Assembly: GCA_047495785.1 (NCBI GenBank)
Contig: JBLDXI010000075.1
Span: 1 to 64,000, forward strand
Reading direction: 5' to 3'
DNA from: Lepidodermella squamata
Lineage: Eukaryota; Animalia; Gastrotricha
DNA: 64,000 nt
The translations under genes and the position numbers were made by a program. Under the pieces are notes generated by a model that saw only the letters and a program-made list of their open reading frames with translations, was not told the DNA's origin and made no database searches. Numbering within the stretch: position 1 is the stretch's first letter; every line of letters starts with the position of its first letter. Below are positions 12,851-26,600 of the stretch, in pieces.

Positions 12851-14102
12851 ATGAAATTTATTATGCTAAAATTGTGACTTTTTAACAGATATATGCGCAA
12901 TCTAGATCGTGGTGATCGAAAACACATTTGCCGTTGTGATAATATGTTTTGTTGTTATGTCGTTAGATATACCTCGAATTTTACATCGAATTGAAAGAAT
13001 GACTTCTTATAATATTCTGATAGATTTATAATCAATAGGTACATAATAATGACAGAAGGCAATAATTACACTATGCAGCCGTTTGGGAAAGCGTGGAGAC
13101 GCCCGCCCCGCCAGCCAACGGCACTTGAAGTCGCTAACAGCCTGGTTAGGGCCGTTGACAAACTGGAAAAGGAGAACGCCGGTGAGATTAATTTAAGAAA
13201 ATTGCAATTATGTATTAATTCTGTTGCTTTTTAGATCTCAAGACGAAGATAGCTGAAAAAGAAAGCAAAATTGGATCACTATGGAGCGATTTGTCTCAGC
13301 TGAAGAGCGAACTGGCAGATGCACAGAAACGACTGGTAGTTTCTTCTTCATTTTTCTTTATATTCAAAAATACCTGCTTTTTGTAAATTAAGGATTGGAA
13401 GGAAAAATTGCTTCATGAATCAACTGAACTGGTTTTGGCCCTAACTGAGAATGTGACAGTCGAAAACGAGATTCCACATGTAATACCCTTTAAAAATGTG
13501 TGTGTTTCTCAAGTAAACTATTTCTTCTATATCTCAGGGTCGCAAACTTCCAAAAACAATAGCGATAGACGCTGGCGATTGGCTGAAAAATGCTCGACTG
13601 CCTTATGCCGTGGAAAAGCCGAAAAAACGACTCGCTGACTGGTAGCAATTCTAACTCACAAGGCGAGCAATGACGAGCATCCCAAAAACTTGAGAACTAT
13701 CAGAAATTTGTTTGGCTTAACTCTTTGCATAAATTTTCATCAAAGCTTACTGTTGTACTTAATTCTCAATTATAATCAAAGTTACATCGCAAAGTTATAT
13801 CGCAAATATCGCTTCACTATGTGCCAATGTATAGCCGAGGAGAAGTAAAACATTTCATTGAAAAGGCTTAATCCTTTTTGACTTCTTCAACAAAGGTGAA
13901 AACTGATAGAGTAATTCCTTTCAGAAATCAAACATTGTCATGGTTGAAACCCCCGCTGTCGTGATGAACAAAATTAGATTCAATCAGATATCGAGTTCGA
14001 CCAAGTTCAGTCGCAGGTATTAGGTTTTCACAACAGCAGAGAAAGCTGAAGGAGGTTTTTCCCTGGAAAATTCAATATTATGGCTGAACATTCGTAAAAA
14101 AA

Positions 14103-14314
14103 TCAATCGAACTCGAAAAATCGATAACTTGATCGACCTATAATCGATAATCCATCGGCAATGTTTAAAAATAAATCGAATTCGAGAAATCGATAATTTG
14201 ATCGATCGATGTTCGATAATCGATAATTTGATCGATCGATGTTCGATAATCGATAATTTGATCGATCGATGCTCGATAATCGATAGCCGATTATCGATTT
14301 TCTATGCAATGCTA
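14103..14314. repeat. ATCGAT-rich 30-bp tandem array, probable DNA-transposon subterminal region
   Basis: Unit CGATAATCGATAATTTGATCGATCGATGTT x about 3 plus degenerate copies; ends in TATGCAATGCTA (hAT-like terminus, partner end not found). Confidence 0.7.
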
Positions 14315-15872
14315 AATACACTCAAGTAACCTCAAATAATCTTAACCGAGTAGTAAAAAAGTCGGTTATGCCGGATTTTCTTCATTTGTCTAGTTTACAA
14401 CCGACTTATTATACTCGGTTATAGCGGAATTTGGCAAAAAGTCGGTTGCAAACTCAGTTTTGCCGGGATTTAACGCCGAAAAATAGTAATCACCGATTTT
14501 TGTAATCGGTGGTGACTGAGTTATTTTTTACTGTGTAATACGTGTTCTTGTTTTGATAAATGGAAAACGGGCCCCGACTGTCAACAACGCAAGCTTATCT
14601 GGAAAAATGTAATAACGTATCTCTGAATTTAAACATTTTTTCCATCAGCTTTTTGCGACTGCGCTGTTGCAAAGCGATGCACGGGCATGTTGTGCGACTG
14701 CCCAGACGGCTACCAAAGAAACGATTGCAACGATCCAAACGCCTTGGGCTGGACGCAATGAACGGGAGTTGCCATGGCTGACTGAAGTACACAAAAACTT
14801 GTTCTTTCTATCTTAGCTGAAGCGCTAGTTTTTCCTGATAATACCCCAAAACGTAAAAGCATAATGTTTTCATAATCGTGTATTCCCGATACTTGCCGTA
14901 CAAGAACGCATACTAGTTTACTCTAGCCCTTATGTTATACGTTGAACCAGGCAAGCTTTCGTATTTAATCTTTTTTGACCATCCACCATTAAGGTGCTCT
15001 CGGTCGCCATGTTGAGTCATTCGAAGGCGTTATACGTCATTATCACTTCATCAATTAGGCACACAAATAAAGCATAATATAATATTCATTTTATATAATT
15101 GTTTTCTGGATTTTTTGTTTGTTTGTTAACGGTATTTTCGACTCTTTCCCAGAGTTCGTCCTTGTTCATCAAAATGGTGAGGCGAACAAAGGCGAACATT
15201 ATCACCGTTGTTCACCGTTGTTCACCGTTGATCGCCTAAAATGTTGATGAACAATGATGAAAACGATTTCACCCCGGGGTTCATCGAGCATGGTGCCGGT
15301 CTGGGTTTAGTTACAAGATAAAAAAATAGACGGAATACCAGAGGTCGAAGTGTTGAAGGCGCCTAAGCGCAGTCGGATGTGTGACACCCGGATGGGACAA
15401 AAGATTAATAACGGGATTTTAAAAAGACTTACATTGTGGAACCACTGGTAAGTTGAACCTTGGCGCGCACTCTGATTGGTCAATTTATCGTTGCTAATGA
15501 CTCCGGAATGAAACATTTCCGTCGTGCGATCCACTAATAAATTATTTTATATTTATGAAAAAAATGACCTTGCCGCACCCTCTGCCCGGTTTCCATTGAC
15601 CACGAGCGTAAACTCTATATAATTGTGGTAAATTGCTGCGGCAAAAAACACTTTTTGCAAAAAATCTTATGGATCGCACGACAGAACGTTTCATCCGGGA
15701 GTCATAGCAACGATCGGTAGGCCAATCAGCGTGCGCATTAGATTGGTCACACAATGTAGCATCACCGCCTCAAGCGCTCTCAAGAGCTAGCTATTTTTTC
15801 ATTGCACAAGTGCACGCGCTCTTTGATCCTGTAAAACCGAAGTATAATGATGTTACTGTTATGTTTTCAGCC

Positions 15873-15944
15873 GGCTCAGTAGCTTAGTGGTAGAGCATCT
15901 GTCTTGTAAACAGAAGGTCGCGGGTTCGATCCCCGTCTGGGCCT
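15873..15944 (+). tRNA. tRNA-Thr(TGT)
   Basis: Full cloverleaf, loop CT-TGT-AA, downstream T-run terminator. Confidence 0.92.
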
Positions 15945-16016
15945 CGGCTTCTCTTTTTCCCCTTGCATCAGTCATTCGATGATCAATTAAGAATATGACC
16001 CAGGGTGACCACAAGC

Positions 16017-16090
16017 GCCTCCTTGGCTCAGTTGGCTAGAGCGCCAGTCTCATAATCTGGAGGTCGTGAGTTCGATCCTCACAGGGGGCA
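16017..16090 (+). tRNA. tRNA-Met(CAT), elongator
   Basis: Full cloverleaf, loop CT-CAT-AA, G1-C72 pair, TTCG T-loop. Confidence 0.93.
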
Positions 16091-16165
16091 GCTTCATCTT
16101 TTTGACAATTAGGATCCTAATTATCCTAACTAATGTCACATACAAATTAGATTCCATCATCATCC

Positions 16166-16237
16166 TCCCTGATGGTCTAGTGGTTAGGATTCCGCGCTTT
16201 CACCGCGGCGGCCCGGGTTCGATTCCCGGTCAGGGAA
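16166..16237 (+). tRNA. tRNA-Glu(TTC)
   Basis: Full cloverleaf, loop CT-TTC-AC. Confidence 0.93.
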
Positions 16238-16300
16238 CGTTTTCTATGCTTGGATCCAGGCTTTTGCTGATTGTTTAGTGCCAGAGCTACTTATCATCTA

Positions 16301-16373
16301 GGTTCCGTAGTGTAGTCGTTATCACGTCTCCTTCACACGGAGAAGGTCGCGTGTTCGAACCCCGCCGGAACCT
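16301..16373 (+). tRNA. tRNA-Val(CAC), with D-loop and T-stem substitutions
   Basis: Loop TT-CAC-AC; GTCGTT instead of GTGGTT in the D-loop and one T-stem mismatch. Confidence 0.8.
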
Positions 16374-16447
16374 CGTCCAAAATTTTTCCAATTGTTCACC
16401 TTAGGGTATCAGCTATAAATGAATGTTAATGTCCTGTTAAACCATGT

Positions 16448-16519
16448 GGGGATGTAGCTCAGTGGTAGAGCGCTTGCTTTGCATGTAAGATGCCCCGGGT
16501 TCAAACCCCGGCATCTCCA
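16448..16519 (+). tRNA. tRNA-Ala(TGC)
   Basis: GGGGATGTAGCTCAGTGG...; loop TT-TGC-AT; G3-U70 pair. Confidence 0.92.
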
Positions 16520-16711
16520 ATTTTTCACGCTGACTTATCCACCCCGCTACCCCGTACATTTTCTAATGGATTTTTAAATAAAAATTCATATGAGGAAAAT
16601 AATTTTCTCAGTTTATTAAATAATGATTCCTTTTTTCTTTTGAAAAATAATATGGCACAACATTATACGACGCGAAATCCTTGCGAAGACATCGAAGCTG
16701 TTCGAGGACCG

Positions 16712-17131
16712 TCATGCCGACCATGCGCTGAAATACGGAACTTTACTGTGGCTCATAACTTTGTCAACTCGGGGCAAATTAGCTCGGTGATGAGAAGTCA
16801 AAAGGCCGTAATGCCCTGCCAGCATGAATAGAACGACAAAAATGAAGAGAACCGTAATGACGATGACCATGACTTCCAACAACAACGACTGCTCCACATC
16901 GATTCGATTCCAAAATGCATTTACATGGCTGTCATGGTTCAAATGAATTGTCGTATCGATGATGCCGTTATGTAGCTTTTTTGAAAATGAAGAATTAAGC
17001 GAGCTCGAATTATTTTCGGTTAATAAATAGCTCGCGTTTGGAGTAATCACAGCATGAGCGATGCGGATGAGGCTTGAAACACTCTGCAGCATCCATGCTA
17101 TTGAAAGCTTCGAATAGATGCACGATGGCAT
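16712..17131 (-). CDS. Hypothetical small single-pass membrane protein
   Basis: 139-aa ATG ORF with N-glycosylation sequons (NAS, NNS, NSS) and a strong hydrophobic stretch VMVIVITVLFIFVVLFML. Confidence 0.4.
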   Translation of the reverse strand: MPSCIYSKLSIAWMLQSVSSLIRIAHAVITPNASYLLTENNSSSLNSSFSKKLHNGIIDTTIHLNHDSHVNAFWNRIDVEQSLLLEVMVIVITVLFIFVVLFMLAGHYGLLTSHHRANLPRVDKVMSHSKVPYFSAWSA

Positions 17132-19003
17132 AGCTTATTCTGTGTTTTGTATACGCACGCTGGAAGTTTAAATTCTCACATTTGCTCGTGTATTAATATA
17201 TGTATTTAGAGTATATTTGCGAGGGGTGTGTATAAGATGTGCGCTCCATGTTTGATCACCTGCTCGTACGAATTGGCACCAATAACGCCGCGACAGGAAA
17301 CGCAGCCGAATATCGAGAAAGACAGTGATTAAGCAATTGTTCTTAAAAGCATTTAAAATCAAATCTCGTAAATATGAAAGATGCGCCTTACAACTATTGA
17401 ACAAGAAAAGTCCATTTTTCGGATATTTTTCATGTACTAAAGGCAAAAGGGATTAAAATGGGCTCTTCGTTTTTTGGCTTTCTAGAATGTTAAGATTTTT
17501 AAGATAAAATCCTCTTCTAAAATATTCGCATCAGTTTGAATTGGGAAGGTTTAACGAAGAACGAACCAAATGAAGACCGAAAACTTGATAAAAAATCGTG
17601 TTCCTATTTTTTTCATTTTCACTATACCTATTATTTCGCCTGAATAATGACGGATGGTGGCATTCCTCGTCTCTTTAAGGAATATCGCATTTCCGTAATG
17701 GAGACAGCACCTTTGAAGTTGCCTGGCAACCATAAACACCACGGTACACAAAATACATAGTAATATGGCTTCACCACCGCTATCTTGTAACTCGCGATTT
17801 TTAACAATAGATCTTCAAGCAGCATGAGAAGCTTTGTCTCCGAGAAAACAATATAAATTTAGACATCATTCTCTTGCAATGAACCATGTACCAGAAAATG
17901 TGGGGCATAATTGTTCACTTTCAGACTGAAATTTCATTTAAGCGCGCCATAAGCTATACCTTATAAATAATATAAAAATAACGCATTGTGTCCTTCTCAT
18001 CAACAATGCGGTCTTACCACTGGAAGTTGCACTGTAATATTCTTCTTCATAGGTAGCAATAGCGCAGCAAGAAATATGCATGTTAGGTTTCCTGATAAAT
18101 CGGGATTCAATTACTGAATAAGATTGCTTATTTTACGCGTGTTTCTGATAATTTCTATAAACGCGTTAATTAGCGTAATACACACGCAAATAATTCATTC
18201 ACGTGACATGATGATAGCTATCATATTATTATTAAAGCTGCACCGTTACACCTATAGTAAGAAGTGCTACCAAAAAGTCTGCGATTTATTGCAGCCGACA
18301 CACTGCACGCTATTAATTAATAGCCAAAGCCGCGCGCCGTTTTGTTTCTGCACGTGTGAGGTCACTGCAATATAATCGGCACATCGACAACGTGTGTTTT
18401 GATTATTGGTCTTATTCACTTGAGCAAATACTTTCAGCCTGTAATTTGTGGACAATGATGAGTCATTAACGGCGAATTGCTGCCGGTGAAGCTACTGACA
18501 TCCGCCATTATTTACTCGTCGAGCCAAATTTTCTACGCTCATTACTTTCTTTTGTAAATTTATTTCCGGGAATTCATTCGATATTTTTTATTAATATGTA
18601 TAATAGCAATAGAATGAGGGCGAATTATTTATGCCTGAGATTATTTTCGCTCGCCTGCCTCTCGCGTGAAAGTAATCGAATTTTCGAAATAAAGAGTGAT
18701 TACTTTTACGCCAAGGTGGTTTCTCGCACTCGACGCGCACCTGAGGTGGTAACATAGCGCAACTTGTTATTGCGGCGCACTCTCGTCAGAACAAGATGCG
18801 CGCCGCTCTTCGCACAACAAACACCGCGCTACAAAAACACCTCACTCGCGCGAGATAGGATTGCCTTAGGTTATGCTATTACACCTCCGGTATCCTTTTA
18901 CTTATATTGACACCGCCGCTGCGCAAGGTAATGGGGTTCCACACTGTATAACTGGGTCATCATCTTACCATTTTCAGTCTCAATTTATTTCACCGAATTT
19001 AGG

Positions 19004-20965
19004 TATGAAATTATTGAGTAAACGATATCAAAGCTGGTTTAGTGTCCGGTATATCTGCTTATCTCTCACGTTGACCGTGCTTTTGTTACACCTGTTGTGG
19101 CCGTTTTTCTGCGCGTTTTGCGACCGCGTTTTCGGGACATGCTTCAAGTGCAGCGTTTTTGAGCAGAAAATTCGAGAGGCGGACGGCCTGAGACCACGGC
19201 TGATCGGCCTCCTGTCCGCGTCCTTATTCACCCTGAACAGCTTACAGAATGCTGGCGAGTTGGCTTATTTTCTGTTTGGTGACACCCTCCTCGGTTATTA
19301 TCGCCACAATTCAAAATTAATTCCGTAAGTATTTTTTTTTTATTTATGAAAAAAATTATTTTTGAAATTTAAAAGGTGGGATAATACTCTTCAGTTTGCT
19401 GTGGTTACCTTCAACCACGGGGCTGGCTTGTCCTCAGTTGCGAAGCAGATTTTGAATGTCTCGAAGAATACAACGCTCGGCCGTCTTTCATTTACCGTCG
19501 ATTCAAAAGCCTGGACAATCACGTTTCAAGACCGCGATTCCAGCGTTCGAATTCAAGTCATGAGCTTTACTCCCGAAGAAACTCTCGTCGACATGAGCAG
19601 AAATATTTCGGTAAAATTCTGAATTTTAAATTTTAATTAATTTGAATAATCTAAATAATTATCAACAATTTTAAATTTTAAATTAAAATGTTTCCGATTT
19701 TTTTAGTATCCCGCTGATCTTATTTTGCCGCTAAAACAAGTTACCTTCGAGCAACACTTCAGCGCCTATGTCCCGAGCGACGTCATCGGAACAATCGAGC
19801 GCAGTAAAGTTAATCCTTACATTTGCCGAATAGACTCGAAGTCCTCAATACCCTGCCGTAAATTGCGCCATCTAATCGGAAATCTGACCAATTTGCCACT
19901 TATCGAAGACCGCCAACTTTGCCCGGCGCACAGTCGATTTTTGAAAAGTGACCCTGAAATGTGCGCATTTTTGCCGCAAATTACTGGCAAAGAGCGCCGG
20001 TCTATGGTGGATTTACTCGCGGTCTGCATTGATGTCCTCGATGAAATGAATAGATCGGATTCGAAATATTTCCTATATTCTGGGTCGCTACTCGGCTATT
20101 GGCGCCATAATGGCTCTATGATACCGTGGGACGACGATGGTATGTCAAGAAAAATTGAAAATTAAAAATTAAATTCGAAATTTTTTTTTTATAGTTTTTA
20201 ATAATTTAAAAAAAAATTAGTTTCATGATTTTATATTATTTTATTTAATATTTTAATATTTTTTTGAATAATTTTTTAACTGGAGATTTTTTTAAATCGG
20301 TATTTTTGTTTTGTAGCCGATATTGCATTTTTGCCGACCAATCGAACCCGGTCGTTTGAGTCCTATGTCGATGAGATGAATTCGATATTAGCTAAACGCC
20401 ACCCTAGCGGTTACGAAATGCTGTACGTGCCTGAGTCGAAACGCGTCAAATGTTTCGGAACTCGAAGCGACAACTCTGTTTTGGTCGGCCAAGGCGATGA
20501 AGAATACCCGTGGCGGTGGCCATTTGTTGACATCGATTTTTTAACGGCCCGATATTCTTGGTCGTTGAACTCCGGCGGTAAGCCAAAAATCACGAAAATC
20601 AGCCAGGCGCATGGATATCATGAATTTAGGGTTCGTTGAAATGTTCAATTAAAAAATTTAAATATAATTTTTCTTATTTTCTCCAGTACCCAGCTTCTAT
20701 TGTTCTGCCGCTAAAACGTGCCTATTTTGAGTCGATATCAGTCAATGTACCACATGATGTCGAATCAGTCTTAAAACGAACTTACGATCTCGATCAATGC
20801 GTTGGGACATCTTACAAGTAGGTTGAGAAAAAAATTGAAATATGTTCTCTAATTTTCCTTTATTTTTCCAGTCATCGATTCGAGCAATCCTTTCAAAAGC
20901 TCAACGTAAAGAGACCTTGCCGAGAAGTTGCGAAGGCTCACGGTTACTACCTTACGAACATCTGA
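19004..20965 (+). CDS. Tandem LicD/fukutin-family protein A (type II membrane; degenerate + intact domain)
   Basis: Exons 19004-19324, 19376-19610, 19707-20139, 20317-20630, 20687-20817, 20872-20965. N-terminal TM. Motifs GDTLLGYYRH..IPWDNT, GSLLGYWRH..IPWDDDADI and WPFVDI. Ends YYLTNI. Confidence 0.85.
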
Positions 20966-23607
20966 CCATAGCCGTTTGTGCTTCCATGCATGTGTATCGA
21001 AAATTTCTATGCAAATTCTGGGATCTGATTTTTTTCTACTTTTTTCTACGAAATGTTTCCGCTAAAAATAAACAAGAGAGGCGCAAAAATGATTGTGTGC
21101 CCGGATTTTTTGTGATATTATAGTGATTGCACCGAGAGGCCGCCAGCCTAGCAACTGTTACCAAGGAAATCAGGCGGAAGTTGGGCGTGAAACGTCTCAT
21201 TTCGGAAACAGCGACGCGATAGCTGAAATAAATCGATCTAAAGACGTATTAAATGAATTCGTGATAAAAAATCAAGCAAACTGAATTTTTCAAAATTTAT
21301 TTGCAATGGAATTATTACTGCGAAGCCTAATTAGTTCTGCAGCGTAATTTAAAAAAATTGAATTTTAGAATTTATCGATATCGATTGCTCAAAGCGCTTT
21401 GTATTGTTTACTCGAGATTTTAAACAAACAGTTCGGGATTAATTAATATCCTTTTGCTATAGACATTGATACGCGTCACACATTACGTGCTGAATTCTTA
21501 GTAATGCCTGCGCTCAAATCGCTTGTCGCGCGACCTGTCTCCTGTATCCGCTATTATTACTATTATTATTATTATTATTTTAATTAAATGAATTTAGAAT
21601 AATATTATTATTCAAACAATGTATCATGTATCACATTATGTGAGAATACCTGCGTATTCGATGCATATTAGCTTTCGATCGATTTCACGTCTAATTCCTC
21701 ACACATCAATGCCTCGTTCGAAAATAACATTTTCACTGATATGCCAGGTTATACGGCAAATTTTAAACTGAAAAATTTCCCTGCATCATCACCGTTTTTA
21801 GCCATTTCGCCAAGGCAACCACGCAAAAAAGTGACATTGACTAGGTGAGACATCACGCAACATCGCCATTTTTTTCATTTTAATTGATAGAAAACTTTAT
21901 ATGACCTTATCGATAATTCAGAGCATCAGTCTAGAGCAAAATTTAGTCTCTGAATTTCGTTTAGAAATTTCGCTTTCTCAATTCGCACTAACAAATTGTG
22001 ATTACAGCAGAAATATTTTTTTAACTTAATTATTTTTTGAGAATATCGCCAAATGTCCCGCGCACTTCATCATCGGTATATTTAATTTCCGCCCTAATAA
22101 CATGAGTGGAAAGGCTCACATTATGTCAATTTTGTAGTTCACCTTGAAAATTGTAACGAGCCTATTATTTAGTGCGCTAATAATACTATACGTTCCCAGG
22201 TAAAATCATCTATTTATAATTCGCTAAAATAATGTTATGGCTTATGGCTTTGTTCTGATCTCAAGAGACAATAGCTCACAGGCTAAGAAAACTATAGTTT
22301 ACATTGTAAAATACGTGATGTCTCAAAAACAATCCCATATTTGTTGCAGCTGAAATTGTGTAAAATTTTTCCAGAAATTATTTACTCGCCTGAAATATCA
22401 TACTGCGTCATTCAAGCGGTATTTTCCTTGTGTGTTAATAAATGCATATGCTCCTTTTTTGTATAACAAACACGCGTGCGCGCGCGGGCACCCCTGTTAC
22501 CGCAAAAATTACCGGGTTTATTATTCTATACGTACGCGCAATAAATATAATGTGAAGTGCACGATTCTGTTGTGTGTTCAAGTTTGACTTGTTTTTCGAC
22601 AACATTACTTCAAAGCGTACTTGTTGGCCCCCTGTTTCAACGACGTGGAATTTTTTGATTCATTGATATATTATTATTACGGGAAAAATCCGGGTGTGGA
22701 TTTGGTTTGATTTATATTACTATATACTTTTTTAGAATACATGGAATTCGCTATTATTTTATTTTATAGGCAATAAATCGCTTCTGTCATTCATAAGCTA
22801 CTATTGACTGAGGAAACGTGACTAGATTTTCTTGAAAGTGCTGCTTAGGAATTTATTATTCAAGAGTGTAGTTAAAAAGTCCGCCTTAAAAATTATATAA
22901 TTCTCATTTATTTCTCACACATTTTTTGCATCGCAGCAATTTTACGCGAGACTGACTTGGCGAGATGCAAAACGTTGGTTCCACGCTATTTGTTTCTATT
23001 CCAGGAAATTCGTTCTGTTGCCCAACCCGCTAAAGACCAAGTGCCGCTTTGAGTTTTATAATTTATCCCGGGTTCCGAAAATGTGTGGGCTCTAATTTGC
23101 TAACATCTCAAATAACCGGGTTTCCTATTCACGCAGTGCGTTCCCAAAATGAATAGTAAATTGGTGATATCATGCGCTTAGCAACGCCTCCGACTGAAAG
23201 AAATTCTTTTATTTTTACATCGCATCGTAATTATTAGCACCAATTAACAGCGTCGACATTGTGGAATATTATTGCAGGCGTAACCTAATTTTTGTTAGGT
23301 CAACGAGCAGCCTCATTCATTATTACACGTGCTAGATTTGTCACGCTAATAATAATAATAAAAGTGGCTTGCAAAAACGTTGCTCATAGGCTGCGAAAGG
23401 AAATGAAATAAGTCAGCAAACTTCCGTTATACCTAGAATTTTTGTCAACGCCATTGTTTATAAACAACCTCTTCAAATAAACAGCACAGACTTTTACCAA
23501 TCAGGCTCTCTCTGTATAATAAGTGTTATTGTTTTTGTTTTCGCCTTTTATAAATAGATTGATTTTGGACGCATGCATTTCTGCAATTATTACCACCTGC
23601 AAAATTT

Positions 23608-26600
23608 ATGGTCTTACTAAGAATTGATGGCAACGATTACGGCAGGAAACGGTGTTTAATTTTTGCTTGTCTCGTTTTTCTGTTAATCGCCGGCAATAGC
23701 ATCTACTCGCTGATTTACGTCGGCGAGCTCTTCTCAACTAACCACCTGCTCAAATTTATACTCAACCAAAACGACTCGACATGGCTGACTAGGTCGAAGC
23801 TGATCAGCCAGCGCTATTCGGCTGTTTTCGCGGAGTTATCGAAATTTGACCTAGTTCTGGACGCATCGCCTTCGATCAAGAGTCAACAAGAAGAAATTGA
23901 TCGGTTATGGAATTCCGCAGCGGTTAGGCACGCGCGATTTTCGAAACTTCTGACCCCGGCTCGGATATCGGCTTTCACGAATTATAACCGATTTTTCGGC
24001 ATCGACAACGCAAATTTAACGCAGCCTGATTATTACTACTGTGGCGCTGATGGCGACGAGACAAATTTTCGCAATCTTGACGCCGATAAAGCGAGGCATT
24101 ATTTTGAAATGTGTGTTTTCAAACGGCAGTTGTTGGCCGGCGAGCAGAGGAGAACATTGGCGGATTTGTTGGCGAAATGTACGGCGGTGTTGAGCCGATT
24201 CGATGCAGCTGGCTACTTTTTGTACGGAAATTCGTTGTTGGGGCATTATCGGCACAACCATTCCATGATTCCGTGAGTTATTCTGTTATTTCCTTTCAAG
24301 TTGAAAAATATGAAATTAACGAGCATTTCTCGAATCTATTGGGGCAATTTTAAAGATTTTCAACAACTTCAAGCATCTCGCCAAAATTAAACCATAAATA
24401 AATTGGCTGTAATACAGCGTTTCCCATAAGTTATATGTAACCATTCGTAATTTTGGAATGTTTTTAGGAGTTTGAACTAATTTTTAGAAATTAAGTTCAT
24501 TGCGGGAATCTTCCATCCTTTATCCACGATTATACCTAAGAAATTGAAAATTTACTGGAGAAACCCCTGAAAACCCCGATGGTAACTGGCTCGGTAATAT
24601 TAAATTATTCATTCTGGGAAAACTTGAAAAATTCGATAAATGATTAAACATTTAGAAGCGCAAAAATTAAGTGTCAAAGCAAAGTTCCCAAATTACACCT
24701 AAAAGTTCCAGTTGAAGTTGACGGAATTTTGTTACTACGAAATTTGTAGGAATAGTATTTCGAAATCATGTATCGAGACTAAAGATACTTTCCACCTTAA
24801 TAAGAAATCATTTCTGAAGCTAAAATTTTTCACATAATGATTAGACATAATTTCACAGCGTAATAGCATTTAGAATGAGGCAAAGTCATCTCCGTCTTGA
24901 AATCCAATGCCGACTTATATTTCTGTCACTTGCGAGGCTCTCGCTTAAGCGAATTTATGGGTGGGCCAGATGAATGTGAAATGTGACAATGTGCGCGAGA
25001 TCTGTCAATTTACGATGGTCCGGTGCCGCCTGAAGAGCGAAGTCCACCAGGCTAGTCAGGGCGAACGTATCTTTATATCGCCTGCGCTGCCACTACCAGC
25101 CGCATTTCATCAGGGCAGCGGGAGACGGGAGACCGAGATGAAGGAAGTATTGCTAACCTCTTCTTGCATAGCCGTAGGCATAGCTTCTCAGCGTAGTCCG
25201 TGAGCTTTCTACTTGTCAAGAACAGTGATGATTCATCAACCTTACCAGAAATGACAAATTCTTGCTCGAAAATCACTCCAAGTCGCTGTTTGGTTGTTGG
25301 GCCTTGGTCTTGCGTTTCTTCGGCGGAACATTCACAAGATCCAGTGGAGATGATGGATATTAAAGGTAGAATCTGTCGAGCCGGCGTTGACGTAGAAACG
25401 CCACCAGGGCCGGGTGAGAGCTCAATTGTGTGAGCAAGAGGGTACCAAACCTTCTGTACCATGTTCCAGCGACCTTCAACTTCTTTGCTCAGAATAGTAA
25501 TTATTTGAAACTACGCGCAGCTCTTTCACCAGTTGTTTTTTCTATGACCCACGCGGCTAGCGCTAACTTGGTTTTCTCAGCTCCTTCGACGCTAAGTAGG
25601 ACGTGATCCGGAGGCGCATCAGGCCTTTGAAACTTTGAAACTACCGTATTTTATCCCACAAGTAGAGATGATCATGGATCCCAATTGGTGTCTAGAGCTT
25701 GTAAAAAGATGAAAAAGCTTTCGATCGATAGTAGATGGCACATTTTATTTTATCGACTCTTTAGCCTAAATAACAGTTCTGGGACCGGTATTCCATTTGA
25801 AACTTCAAATAGTTGCGCAAGGGTAATGGAAGGTAAGGTTTAAGTCCTTCGTCGATTGCCGCCATTCGACTCACGTAACCTATCGGTAAGCTATTGAGCA
25901 CAGCCATGCGAGCCATGAATTGCAATCGCATGGGAAAGACAATGTGAGCAGAAGATCTCGCCAGTTCATTTATTTCCTGACTCTCATGACTCTCGAACTC
26001 CTCGTATGACGAGTCGCGCTTTGTCGATAGTAAAAGATCGATAAAGTCGACCTCATAGTCGTAAATCGGAAGACGATTCGCAGCAGTTGCTAGCCTAGCT
26101 ATTGCGACTAGTTGGTAATACGAGTGAGACGTTCTGCAACCTGCTAGGACCATTGACTTGATAAAAGTGACCACTCTTGAGTCGTCTTCGCCCTCGGCAA
26201 TCGCACTGATTCTACTCGAAACCAAGTCAAGAGGTGATTCCAAATAACCGGACCTCGCAGCTTCTTCTGATAGACGCGCGAGGCATTCCGTTTTAGGGCT
26301 AATGACTAGCCAAGATGCCATATCGAGCTCGCCAGCATGAACCATCCACGTCAAAGTGTGATCACCCCCATGTTTGACGAGCTGTTCACTGTTTTCGAGG
26401 TCTAACAGCTTCATTATGAGATCTTGTTTTCCTTCGACGCAGGCGTACGTCAAAATTGTGTAGCAAGTGTCCCTTTCGATCTCCAGCAAATTAGCTCCAT
26501 TTTTGATCAGCGTCATCAATGCATGGTCGCTGCAGGATGAGCGAAATGCCCGGCATAAGGAGCCAATAACGCCGAGTTCAATCAGCTCCTCTGCAAAGAT

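Noticed and set aside
13049-13640. Small spliced coiled-coil-like gene
   Set aside because: Plausible exons, but no family signal and it sits among repeats; too weak to call.
14103-14314. Regular 30-bp repeats as a CRISPR array
   Set aside because: Units are head-to-tail with no unique spacers, there are no cas genes, and the context is eukaryotic.
24961-25462. ORFs in LicD-B intron 1 as a third nested gene
   Set aside because: No recognisable motif or splice structure; probably decayed repeat.
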